Shown here: one piece after another, positions 54,815-63,853 of the stretch
Numbering within the stretch: position 1 is the first letter of the stretch
Layout: each line of letters opens with the position of its first letter
Source: a virus
DNA: 64,000 bases
Virus record (IMG/VR): IMGVR_UViG_3300020404_000006
Strand: one strand, 5' to 3'
The notes under the pieces: model-generated
What the model was told of the DNA's origin: nothing
Seen by the model: the letters and a program-made list of their open reading frames with translations, nothing else
Database searches by the model: none
Position numbers and translations under genes: made by a program

Positions 54815-55915
54815 TTAGAGAAAATGATCAAACATCTTCTGTGTAAACTGTGGATTCCAATCAAGAACAAACTGCCAAGGATAGTCACGAGGATCTGTAT
54901 CACCAAATAGTTTCTTTGATCCTTCCGAGGCAGTATTCCAGAAAGGAGAATCAAAATCAGAACCCTTGTAGTAATGCAAATTGATAAATCTGATAACCTC
55001 TTCCATGATACAGGTATATTGATCGGGTTCTTTGTTGTCCAATATAAAATCTACAATCATCTCATTGATAAGACCGTAACATCCCAATGATGTGGCCTGT
55101 ATTGGTTCTAAGAACAAGGCTCTATTGCCATTGACAAATATATTACCATCTTCATTGACTATACTCTTAGCATAGTAGTTCTTAAAGGAGAACTCTCTGC
55201 AATCTCTACTATGGAACTCAATCTGATACTCATTTAGTATCCTTGATACATCATCCTGAGCTTCTAACTGAGATGTTATTTTAGAATTGTATAAGTATCC
55301 CCAACCAGTTCTATTTTGTAGTGGTAAACCAAACATCCACCCATGTTTATGGGCAATATGATAGGTATATTCCCAGTCGCCTGGTGTGTATGACCTCACC
55401 GCAATCGCTGAGTCTAAGTAAACGTTATCACTAATAATATAATCAGAATAATCCTCTGGATATCCTCTACAATCCACTACAAAGTCATATTCTTCGCCAT
55501 CCAAAGATACCTTTCTACCCAAAGACTTCATTTCTTTTATAGTTCTGACCTTCTCAGAGAAGTTTGGATACATTTTACTGAGTCTGGGTAATACAAACTC
55601 AGGAAACTTAGTAGTATCGAACTGAATACCATACTCTCCAGAAACAAATGGCAAGAACTTATTACCATTCCAATTCTTAAACTGAATACCATACTTAGTA
55701 GTAGAATCCAGTTCTTGAGAATCAAGATGATGTACATAATCAACACCAACCCCCAAGGAACGAGGAAAGATTGGTAAAGTAGATTCACCAATGTCAATAG
55801 GACTTATAACATTGCTGTATATTAAATCCACCTTAGCAAACTTGGGTAGTGATTTTAAAAGAGATACTGCACAATATAGTCCCGCTGTGCCAGCACCGAC
55901 TATGGCTACTTTCAT
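54815..55915 (-). CDS. flavin-dependent (tryptophan) halogenase-like protein
   Basis: IVGAGTAG, IGEST, FVVDCRG, GWMFGLPL..RTG.GYLY, FLEPIQATS. Confidence 0.8.
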   Translation of the reverse strand: MKVAIVGAGTAGLYCAVSLLKSLPKFAKVDLIYSNVISPIDIGESTLPIFPRSLGVGVDYVHHLDSQELDSTTKYGIQFKNWNGNKFLPFVSGEYGIQFDTTKFPEFVLPRLSKMYPNFSEKVRTIKEMKSLGRKVSLDGEEYDFVVDCRGYPEDYSDYIISDNVYLDSAIAVRSYTPGDWEYTYHIAHKHGWMFGLPLQNRTGWGYLYNSKITSQLEAQDDVSRILNEYQIEFHSRDCREFSFKNYYAKSIVNEDGNIFVNGNRALFLEPIQATSLGCYGLINEMIVDFILDNKEPDQYTCIMEEVIRFINLHYYKGSDFDSPFWNTASEGSKKLFGDTDPRDYPWQFVLDWNPQFTQKMFDHFL

Positions 55916-56103
55916 TTAGTTTCTTCTATTGCCTCTTTGATAATTCTCTTTAATTGTTTTGATTGCTTCTTATTAATAGATCCAAGTGAGGTATCTATCT
56001 TTACCTTTACCCAGTAAAGACCTATAAGAACAAGTGTAAAAGGAATTGCATCTGCCCAAGAGATTTCATTCCATGCTTCTACTACATTCAATACTGCAAA
56101 CAT
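55912..56103 (-). CDS. small membrane protein
   Basis: 63 aa, one TM. Confidence 0.6.
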   Translation of the reverse strand: MFAVLNVVEAWNEISWADAIPFTLVLIGLYWVKVKIDTSLGSINKKQSKQLKRIIKEAIEETK

Positions 56104-56106
56104 AAT

Positions 56107-56568
56107 TTACTCCGATAATGTTCCACGAGATCTACGAAGAACTCTTAGTTCCTCAAAATCTTTTTGTTTTTTGCCGCCATCATATGGCCAGGCGTACCCT
56201 TCACCGATCATTTCTTCATTGATTGAGACACGTTCGTCCCCAATGTATAACCAGCCAAGAAGACGGCCGTACTTGCCAACGCCACCGACAAGTTCAGTAC
56301 GGATAATGAGATCATCATCACCAGCCACAGCCGTCTGGAGTTTCTCTTTGAGCCAATTCGTCGCATCAATTCCAAGAGCTTTCTCCTCTTTGTCTCTAGT
56401 TCTTTTCTCAGGTGTGTCAACACCAGCGACCCTAACTCTTTCTTTCTTTGTCAGATCAAATCCAAGGTCAATAGTAACGTCAATAGTATCTCCATCAACT
56501 ACTCTATTAATTTTCGTCACTCGGAAGTTGTAACAACTCTTCCGTGACGGTGGGGTCATTGCTCCCAT
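56107..56568 (-). CDS. thermonuclease (SNase-like) family nuclease
   Basis: VVDGDT, RVR.AGVDTPE, KYGR.LG. Confidence 0.85.
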   Translation of the reverse strand: MGAMTPPSRKSCYNFRVTKINRVVDGDTIDVTIDLGFDLTKKERVRVAGVDTPEKRTRDKEEKALGIDATNWLKEKLQTAVAGDDDLIIRTELVGGVGKYGRLLGWLYIGDERVSINEEMIGEGYAWPYDGGKKQKDFEELRVLRRSRGTLSE

Positions 56569-56758
56569 AGTAAAACTCCATCAGTGCTTTATTTATGGAG
56601 TCTTCTGGGGAAGTTCTCCATCGTTTCCGCCTTTCATTTCTTGCGTCTTCAAACGCTTCATAAAGTTGATCGTATAGATCATTCTCCACTATCGGACCCG
56701 CCATGACTGGCATGGCTGTCATGAGAGTGAGCAAAATCATTCGGAACAAAATGGTCAT
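56507..56758 (-). CDS. hypothetical protein
   Basis: 83 aa, start uncertain. Confidence 0.5.
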   Translation of the reverse strand: MTILFRMILLTLMTAMPVMAGPIVENDLYDQLYEAFEDARNERRKRWRTSPEDSINKALMEFYYGSNDPTVTEELLQLPSDEN

Positions 56759-56837
56759 ATCTTATAATATAGTAGATTAAAATAGAAACTGCAACCAGCA
56801 GTATAACAATCATCCATATAATACTCCAGACTATCAT
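56679..56837 (-). CDS. small single-TM protein (MIVWSIIWM..., 52 aa)
   Basis: manual translation; ATGA overlap with upstream stop. Confidence 0.45.
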   Translation of the reverse strand: MIVWSIIWMIVILLVAVSILIYYIIRYDHFVPNDFAHSHDSHASHGGSDSGE

Positions 56838-57112
56838 AGTATTGATCTCAATATGAACTCTTTAGTTAGTATAGGATGACCAAATAGATCTAACTGTAAT
56901 CCATCTACATCCTCTTTTTTAATACCTTCGTTCTTTCTCGCATGTTCCCAGTAATATGTGCCATCTTCTCTGCAATATAACCAGCTAGTGTCGTGTGAAC
57001 TGGGTGTGAAGACTGCAATAACTCTTGGGTATCTTGGTTCTGGATTTCTTTCATAAACAACCCCTTGAGGGGAACGATAAAACTTAGGATCAATCTCTTT
57101 GTCGCCAGTCAT
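56834..57112 (-). CDS. hypothetical protein
   Basis: 92 aa. Confidence 0.55.
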   Translation of the reverse strand: MTGDKEIDPKFYRSPQGVVYERNPEPRYPRVIAVFTPSSHDTSWLYCREDGTYYWEHARKNEGIKKEDVDGLQLDLFGHPILTKEFILRSIL

Positions 57113-57389
57113 CTGATCTCTCTTGATGGAACCAGTCTACGATCTCGTCTGGTGAACCGAAACCCCTACGGTGGTTACTTGAATCGGGGTCTCCTATATT
57201 CAAGTTATTCAGAAAAGAATCATTTGGATTCTGTGTCATTCTTCTAGCCTGTTGTAACATCCCTCTTGCTGAGGTGTTTGCTTTTGCTAATTTCTGAGCC
57301 CATATCATATCATCTATGCTGACTTCTGTTCCTGATGCAATGTCTTTGCATATTGCTTCCAAACGGAGACGATATTGAGTTGATAACAT
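57090..57389 (-). CDS. conserved cyanophage hypothetical protein
   Basis: MLSTQYRLRLE.IC..I..WA.KLAKAN. Confidence 0.75.
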   Translation of the reverse strand: MLSTQYRLRLEAICKDIASGTEVSIDDMIWAQKLAKANTSARGMLQQARRMTQNPNDSFLNNLNIGDPDSSNHRRGFGSPDEIVDWFHQERSDDWRQRD

Positions 57390-57442
57390 TTACTAATAAT
57401 AATGATAATTATATACTATCTATCAACTTTATATTTCTTTTA

Positions 57443-57946
57443 TTATCCTATTAGATTCATTGCCTCCTTTAATTCTCTTGCATGTTCCAATTCATCTTGT
57501 GCGATCTCTTGTATCTTTTTATCTTCTGGGTGTACACTTAAGTATTTTGTGTAAGTTTCAAATGCGTGCTTCTCAATCTTCATGTTGATGTCGTAAGCGT
57601 CCACAGGATCAATGAGATAATACCCAACCATGATCCAATAATAAACCAAAACAAGATGCTTGGCAAAGAAACGGTCGATCCAATGTTTATTTCCCTCCCT
57701 ACGTTCCATCTCTTCCAAATGCTCTGTTTCATTGAGTGCCTGATAGAAGTGTTCTTTCATCAAGTATATATGATCATCACCCCTGAGTCCAAGGGATTCA
57801 CGAAAATGTAACACACTGATAAATGCAAAATAGGGTGCTCTTGCTATGACTTCCAACACCCAGAATCTTTGAAAAGGTCTGTTGCGGTAAAGGAAGTCAA
57901 GGATTGATATGGTTACACTTAATACGATTGTATTAAATTGTTTCAT
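57443..57946 (-). CDS. ptoX: plastoquinol terminal oxidase (AOX family)
   Basis: RFWVLEVIARAPYF, NETEHL, E.HA..TY, DE.EH di-iron ligands. Confidence 0.93.
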   Translation of the reverse strand: MKQFNTIVLSVTISILDFLYRNRPFQRFWVLEVIARAPYFAFISVLHFRESLGLRGDDHIYLMKEHFYQALNETEHLEEMERREGNKHWIDRFFAKHLVLVYYWIMVGYYLIDPVDAYDINMKIEKHAFETYTKYLSVHPEDKKIQEIAQDELEHARELKEAMNLIG

Positions 57947-58031
57947 AATGCGTAGGCAATTTGTGGTAAGTAAATAATAGCTACTGTAATTGTTCCTAAT
58001 ATGATTATAGTGGATGCTATCGGTAAACTTT

Positions 58032-58217
58032 TCATTTTACCTCCTTAATAAAATCCAAAGAAAAAGGATGTTCCTGTAGATAGGGAACATCCTCTCTTGC
58101 GTTTCTTGCTGCTTCAAATGCGTCTGAAGCATATTCACCAATTTCATGGTGTTCGTTCTTTTGGTCGTGCCAACCTAGTGTGTAATGGGACATGATAGTT
58201 TCAACTCCATTCATCAC
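58032..58217 (-). CDS. small cyanobacterial-type hypothetical protein
   Basis: HEIGEYA.DAFEA...ARED.P. Confidence 0.6.
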   Translation of the reverse strand: MMNGVETIMSHYTLGWHDQKNEHHEIGEYASDAFEAARNAREDVPYLQEHPFSLDFIKEVK

Positions 58218-58275
58218 TATTTATTATACCACACTAAGTATAAACCACTAGTTATGTGTGGACTCACTGACTATA

Positions 58276-58536
58276 TCAGGATACGTTGAAAGCGATCTTT
58301 GTTACCTTTACATCACCACCATTTGCGGATGCACTAAGTTTATCTGTACCATCTTTATCTACCTGTGCAGACTGATTAGAAGGCAAAGTGAAACTACCAA
58401 TACCAACGTCATTGGCATCAGATCTTATGATTACAACTGCAGCACCATTAGTGTTCACAATGTGAACCGCCTTTGCTAAACTCACATTAGTTGCAGACGC
58501 TAAGGTGGTCTGTGGTGCCATTGGTTTAATTAACAT
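58276..58536 (-). CDS. hypothetical beta-rich structural protein
   Basis: 86 aa. Confidence 0.6.
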   Translation of the reverse strand: MLIKPMAPQTTLASATNVSLAKAVHIVNTNGAAVVIIRSDANDVGIGSFTLPSNQSAQVDKDGTDKLSASANGGDVKVTKIAFNVS

Positions 58537-58542
58537 GGTTCT

Positions 58543-60291
58543 TTAGTAACCTCTCTTATATTTAGCGGATTCATCTTCTGGGTTGATGATGATTGTATTT
58601 TTACCACTCATAGGTTTGATTTCTTTTACCTTATCTGGATACTTCTTATCTATCTCCCATAGAAATTCTTCACGCCAATCAGAGTATGACTCATTCTTTT
58701 GCTTAAGTTTGTTGATTGCTCTTTCTCTCGCTTCATCCTCCTTCATCTGTTTATAGGTTCTCATTTTTCTCCTACCCATTCTCTTTGCTTCCTGTTCTGC
58801 TTTGATGAAGTTAGTTGCCTCCTTGACTTCTGTTTTTTTAGGTCTTCCTTGTGTGGTTTTCTTAGTTTTGTTCTCAGGTTTTTGGGCATTATATGCAGCT
58901 TGTGCTTTCCTATATCCCGCTTCATCACCTTTGTAACTTCTTACGTTAGGTCTCTTAAGTTTCTGTTCTTTTGGTTTCTCTTCTTTTTTCTTGGGTACTG
59001 TTGTGGCCTTGACAGTGATTGCCTTACTTTGTGGAGTCGCATCATCTTTCTTTCCTTGTTTCCTCATTGCAGCCATCAATCTATCTGCGCCTGCATCAGC
59101 CTTCTTCCTTCTCTTACTTTCTTTTTCGGCCGCTGAGATAGCTCCCTTCACTATAGGAGAATCGGTCTCTCCACCTTTCTTATCAGTGGATGTAAGTTTA
59201 GGTTGATCGGGTTTAGAACCAGTAAGTTTTTTATTCTTCTTTGGAAATAGTTTATCGAAGTTTTTCTTCGCTTCATCCGATGCTGATCCTGTTGTTGCTA
59301 CTTTTCCGCCTGGAGATCTTACAATACTACCACCCTTAATAGATTCTCCAGAGTCTTTCTCTACCTGTTTCCTAGCAGCATCGTCTTTTGATGCTACCTT
59401 CTCTTGTTTCTTGACTATTTTATTATCAGGCGATGTATTGAACTTCTTCAGCGCCGTAGAGTCTATACTCTGTTGTGGTGACTTGGATGTTACATTACTG
59501 GTTTGTTTCCTTGGTTTTTCTTTATACTGTCTATACTTATCCTCTGCCGTCTTTCTTGCATCTTGTCTCCTTTTCTGACCTTCTCTATATCTTTTTTCTT
59601 GCTTAACCTCAGGCTTAACAGCATCACCTGTGATAGTCCTACCGCCTGTAGTTTTTACTGTTTTATCCTTAACTCCAAGTGCTTTCTTTCCTATTGATTT
59701 GACAGCTTTACCTAGTAAACTACTTACTCCAGTTGAACCAGTTTTACCAGTTTGTTGTCCTGATCCTGTAACTTTACTTCTCTTTGGTAAATCTTGTTGT
59801 TCTTGTTCTTTCTTTTTCCTTTTGTAAGCATCAATACCACCAGCCACGGTAGCTCTACCTCTACGAGCAAGAGCTCTCATGTTAGTTCCAAGTCCAGTTC
59901 CAGTGGTTGCATCCTCTGTATCTGGTCTGAATTTTGCAAATCCTGCTACAGTTCCGCCTGCTGCGGAAAGTTTTCTTTGTCCTGACTTAGATCCTGCAGC
60001 GGCAGCGGCTTTTGCCTTATTCCTATCCAAAGTTGCCTGTATTCCAGGCTTCTTTGATCCATCAGATCTTCTATATCCAGGCCTCTGAGGCCTCTGAGGA
60101 ATACTAGGAGCCTTCGATGGGGTGGCACCACCCTCCATGTTCCTTGGAGGTACAGGAGATCTAGCTCCTTGAGTGGTGGAATTAGTAGTAACTTGAGTTT
60201 TATTCTTTTGGGCAAAACGTTTTGAGACATCCACCCCAACAATCTCAGTTATTGGAGACTGTTCATATTCAAATTGTTCAAAGCTTTTCAT
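58543..60291 (-). CDS. very basic putative internal head protein
   Basis: N-terminus MKSFEQF; low complexity Lys/Gly/Thr; C-terminal W.EIDKK...KPMSGKNTIIINP module. Confidence 0.6.
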   Translation of the reverse strand: MKSFEQFEYEQSPITEIVGVDVSKRFAQKNKTQVTTNSTTQGARSPVPPRNMEGGATPSKAPSIPQRPQRPGYRRSDGSKKPGIQATLDRNKAKAAAAAGSKSGQRKLSAAGGTVAGFAKFRPDTEDATTGTGLGTNMRALARRGRATVAGGIDAYKRKKKEQEQQDLPKRSKVTGSGQQTGKTGSTGVSSLLGKAVKSIGKKALGVKDKTVKTTGGRTITGDAVKPEVKQEKRYREGQKRRQDARKTAEDKYRQYKEKPRKQTSNVTSKSPQQSIDSTALKKFNTSPDNKIVKKQEKVASKDDAARKQVEKDSGESIKGGSIVRSPGGKVATTGSASDEAKKNFDKLFPKKNKKLTGSKPDQPKLTSTDKKGGETDSPIVKGAISAAEKESKRRKKADAGADRLMAAMRKQGKKDDATPQSKAITVKATTVPKKKEEKPKEQKLKRPNVRSYKGDEAGYRKAQAAYNAQKPENKTKKTTQGRPKKTEVKEATNFIKAEQEAKRMGRRKMRTYKQMKEDEARERAINKLKQKNESYSDWREEFLWEIDKKYPDKVKEIKPMSGKNTIIINPEDESAKYKRGY

Positions 60292-60298
60292 GTGTATC

Positions 60299-61135
60299 CT
60301 ACTTTTGGATGGATTTGTGTGCCTTAAAAATGGAACTTGCGTGTTTTTCGATTACCTCTTCTGAGATAGTTTCTTCTACTTCTTCCTCTGGTTTTGAGAA
60401 TACAACTGGACTCTTGACATTGAAACTCTCGTTCTTGGGACGGCAATCATTTACCAGTTTACCACCTTTCATTTTCATACCCACCTTCTTATGGGTGTCC
60501 CAACAATCCTTTGCTTTACCCTCTTCAATCTCAACTTCTACCTCTTCTTTCTTCATCGCCTTTCCGATTGCCTTACGACGATTCTTAAGGTATGAATCAG
60601 AATCATCTACATCACCATCATTATCGACATCATCATCTTCTTTTCCGACTGGATCTAATTTCTTTTTCTTTTTCTTTCCTTCCTCTAAAGGAGATACTTT
60701 ATACCTAGTACCAGACATCTCTCCAAGAGTAGTAAGGTTTGCTGCAACCTGATCCCAGAGTCTATCTACCAGTTTCTCATCTGGATTACCTAGTGGTTCT
60801 GGAGTAACAACATCAGTAATCTCATGAGTTAAATTACCATCTGCATCATGCAATTCAACAGATTCAGCGTTGTTTAATTGACCTTTCCCTCTGATCTTAT
60901 CAGCGACATTACCGACTGTACTAGCAACATTAGCAACCTTCCCTACAGTACTGGCAACCTTTCCTACCTTACTAGCAACAGCCATTCCCTTAGCGAGCAA
61001 GGGGGCAACAGCTAGAGGTGCGAGCTCATCTATTTGTTCTTTATCATCATGCTCGATGACTTTACCATCAGCATCTTTTTGATGATGTTCATACATTGAC
61101 TTATAAGCGTCAACCAGTTTTGAGTCGTCAGTCAT
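60299..61135 (-). CDS. modular putative internal head protein
   Basis: LVDAY..MYE N-terminus, LDPVGKEDDDVDNDGD EF-hand-like acidic repeat, KDCW..KKVG module. Confidence 0.6.
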   Translation of the reverse strand: MTDDSKLVDAYKSMYEHHQKDADGKVIEHDDKEQIDELAPLAVAPLLAKGMAVASKVGKVASTVGKVANVASTVGNVADKIRGKGQLNNAESVELHDADGNLTHEITDVVTPEPLGNPDEKLVDRLWDQVAANLTTLGEMSGTRYKVSPLEEGKKKKKKLDPVGKEDDDVDNDGDVDDSDSYLKNRRKAIGKAMKKEEVEVEIEEGKAKDCWDTHKKVGMKMKGGKLVNDCRPKNESFNVKSPVVFSKPEEEVEETISEEVIEKHASSIFKAHKSIQK

Positions 61136-61173
61136 GGTGGTAAATTAATTAGATAGTCCTTGTCTATCCTTAT

Positions 61174-62541
61174 TTATCCCTTTCCAACCTTATAAGGTAT
61201 AGATGTATCATTATACTTTGTGCCAGGTCCACTAGCAGGGTCATTAGGATTCTTAACCTTCTTACCATCATAGTAAGACCCAGTGGTGATTGGTTTTATA
61301 ATTGGATCATCATTCCACTTTTTATCACCTTGGCCTGGTGTCATTCTCTGCATGTATTGTCTATACTCATCCGTGCCTACATCATATGCCTCTGTCAAAT
61401 CTTTCAACCATGCTTTGTACATAGTAGACTCTGGAGTTTGTACGATAACATGATTCGCACCTCTCCTAGTAATTCTACCCCTGACTCCAGTGTTTACATT
61501 CTCTACTAATGATCCTACTTTGAAACATTGTTCTTTTAGATATGCAACTCTTAGTCCAAAAGGATCTAGTTTAGGTGCATACTGCCATGTCTCAGAGGAT
61601 AATGATCCTCTAAGTTGATCATCAGTGGCTCCCATAGATTTTTGGATAAGGTTGAAGAGATTCTTCTTCTCCATATTACCTAAGTTAGGGATACCCTTTG
61701 CAAACCCTTTGAAGTCATCCTTTGCTACTGCATCTCTCATCTTAGATGCAGACATACCCTCAATACCTTCGGAGTCTGGGTCTCTTGCACCAGCAGATAT
61801 GACTTGAAGATCCTCAAATTCGTACAAATCACCATTATATTTTTGTGCAAGACTCTGGAATTCAGATAGTCTATCCTGTCCTACAACTATTGTTATTGCT
61901 TTGTATCCTAGATTGAAGGCACCTGTAAGAACATCAAATATAGTTCTTGCATTAGGATCATCTTTGATATCCTCTTCATAATCTGGGAACATCTTCCTCA
62001 TATATTCTATCTTCGCACCAGGCTGTAGAGGATTCTTCTTAGAATCTACACTACGACTTGGATATACCTTCAAGTCATATCCCAATCTACCAGCTTCTGC
62101 AGCTGCTTTGTCTAATAATTTTTGATGACCTACGGTTGGTGGGTTGAATCTACCAAATACAACTACTGCACCTTCACTAGTAGGTGCTCCCATTACCTCT
62201 GCTGTCTGTTGATCAGATTCACCAGGCTCAGGTGATTTAGTTGCGGTAGCAGAAGGATCCTCCTTTGGTTTTGGTTTTGGAGCGGGTGCAACTGCAGCAG
62301 GTGCTTTCTTCTGAGCAGTGGGTTTTTCTGGTGTGGCCACCTTAGTAGATTTTGGATCCTCGGTATCGGCCGCACCTCCTCCTCCTGTGTATTTAAGTTT
62401 ACCGTTTACTGTCTTTGCTACAAAATTTCCTTTGGCATCATACCATCCTCCATGACCGTCGCCCTTTAATCCCTTGAGTTTAGCCTCAGTGGATGCAGCA
62501 GTCTTTACAGCTTCTGTTAAAAATTGACCGAAGGATTTCAC
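61174..62541 (-). CDS. cytidylyltransferase/NadD-like nucleotidyltransferase with capsid-targeting-like N-terminus
   Basis: FGRFNPPTVGH, KKNPL, VVGQDR, SASKMR; GTG start at 62541 gives MKSFGQFLTEA. Confidence 0.8.
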   Translation of the reverse strand: MKSFGQFLTEAVKTAASTEAKLKGLKGDGHGGWYDAKGNFVAKTVNGKLKYTGGGGAADTEDPKSTKVATPEKPTAQKKAPAAVAPAPKPKPKEDPSATATKSPEPGESDQQTAEVMGAPTSEGAVVVFGRFNPPTVGHQKLLDKAAAEAGRLGYDLKVYPSRSVDSKKNPLQPGAKIEYMRKMFPDYEEDIKDDPNARTIFDVLTGAFNLGYKAITIVVGQDRLSEFQSLAQKYNGDLYEFEDLQVISAGARDPDSEGIEGMSASKMRDAVAKDDFKGFAKGIPNLGNMEKKNLFNLIQKSMGATDDQLRGSLSSETWQYAPKLDPFGLRVAYLKEQCFKVGSLVENVNTGVRGRITRRGANHVIVQTPESTMYKAWLKDLTEAYDVGTDEYRQYMQRMTPGQGDKKWNDDPIIKPITTGSYYDGKKVKNPNDPASGPGTKYNDTSIPYKVGKG

Positions 62542-62577
62542 AAAATTCAATAGACGAGTACAGTTTTATTTATTCCA

Positions 62578-63837
62578 TTAAGAAATTTTGTTAAATTTGA
62601 CAGCAAGGTTCTGGAATTGTCCCATCTTGTGCATTGCACCTACCTTGTTAGTCCTAGTGGTGAAAGCCATTGACATGACTGAACCATCACTCAATACAAT
62701 ATTGAAATCTTGTTTACCACTACCCGCTTGTGCCCTTACACTTGTCACCGCAGATAAGGCAGCAGATAATTTTTCATTAGTATTATCTAAACTCGCATCA
62801 GTTTCTGTAGCCTTTACTGTTATTGCTGGAGTTTTAAACCCTGAGTATGCAATCTTTTGAGTAATATATTTTTTTGCCATAGTAAAATTACTATTGAAAA
62901 GATTGATTATCTCTTGTCGTACAATACTTAAATTAGAATCATATAGTCTATTATACTCAGCCTCATTCTCCTGTTCAAATTGAAAAGTCTTTAGTGCCAA
63001 TTTTGATGTTCCCCAGAAAGCATAGTCAGACTTATCAATACCCTCTATAGATTCATAGTTTGGCCATAGTTTATCTTTGATTGCATTGTAAGCAGTCTGT
63101 TCACCAAAGAAATCAAATATTGGTTTTACATATGTGTTCAACTTAGGTTCGGCAGATTTTGCGGTTCCAGCCTTCAAACTGATACCTAACATACCACCAT
63201 TTCTATACTGAACAAAAATATCGCCTGGATGACTTCCCTCTACACCACTTGGTTTTGCTCTGTATCCCCAGTAACATTGTGCAATAGGATGTTTTGCACT
63301 ATGAGATCTCAACCATTTTGTTATATTCTTTGCGTTTGTTACTTTTGTTTGAAATGATCCGTTCTCTGCCTGATCTATAAACTTCTTTCCAGCAGCTGCG
63401 TCCTGTGATGTCAGGTAGTATGCAGCACTAGGATTGTTTGCTTTTCTAATTGCTTGATAAAAATCCTTTACTGATAGATTGGGACTGATATTATTCATGA
63501 AAGCAATACATGGAAACAGTTCCGTCATGGAAGAGTTCAACGTTGTCATTGACATACCACCCTTTCTGGGCTTGTATATAAACGTCAAAATAGTTCCGTC
63601 ACTCATCCTTACACAGGATACAGGAACGGAACTAATAGATTTCTGTTCGTTATAAACTCTGCCTAGTCTTGATAGAAGTCCTTCTACATCTGATTTAGTT
63701 CTATCTCTGTCATCAGATTTCACAACATAAGTGACTTGTTTAGAAGTTGCACCTTTTACTTCAACATCCCTATCAGGAATATTAATCTCTTGTAAGATCT
63801 GATTTAGTTGTAATACTTCTTCAGCAGTTCTAGCCAT
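62578..63837 (-). CDS. hypothetical protein, possible PD-(D/E)XK nuclease fold
   Basis: PGDIF...GISLK motif; TAAATA late promoter at 63851-63856. Confidence 0.5.
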   Translation of the reverse strand: MARTAEEVLQLNQILQEINIPDRDVEVKGATSKQVTYVVKSDDRDRTKSDVEGLLSRLGRVYNEQKSISSVPVSCVRMSDGTILTFIYKPRKGGMSMTTLNSSMTELFPCIAFMNNISPNLSVKDFYQAIRKANNPSAAYYLTSQDAAAGKKFIDQAENGSFQTKVTNAKNITKWLRSHSAKHPIAQCYWGYRAKPSGVEGSHPGDIFVQYRNGGMLGISLKAGTAKSAEPKLNTYVKPIFDFFGEQTAYNAIKDKLWPNYESIEGIDKSDYAFWGTSKLALKTFQFEQENEAEYNRLYDSNLSIVRQEIINLFNSNFTMAKKYITQKIAYSGFKTPAITVKATETDASLDNTNEKLSAALSAVTSVRAQAGSGKQDFNIVLSDGSVMSMAFTTRTNKVGAMHKMGQFQNLAVKFNKIS

Positions 63838-63853
63838 GAGTTTTTGATACTAT

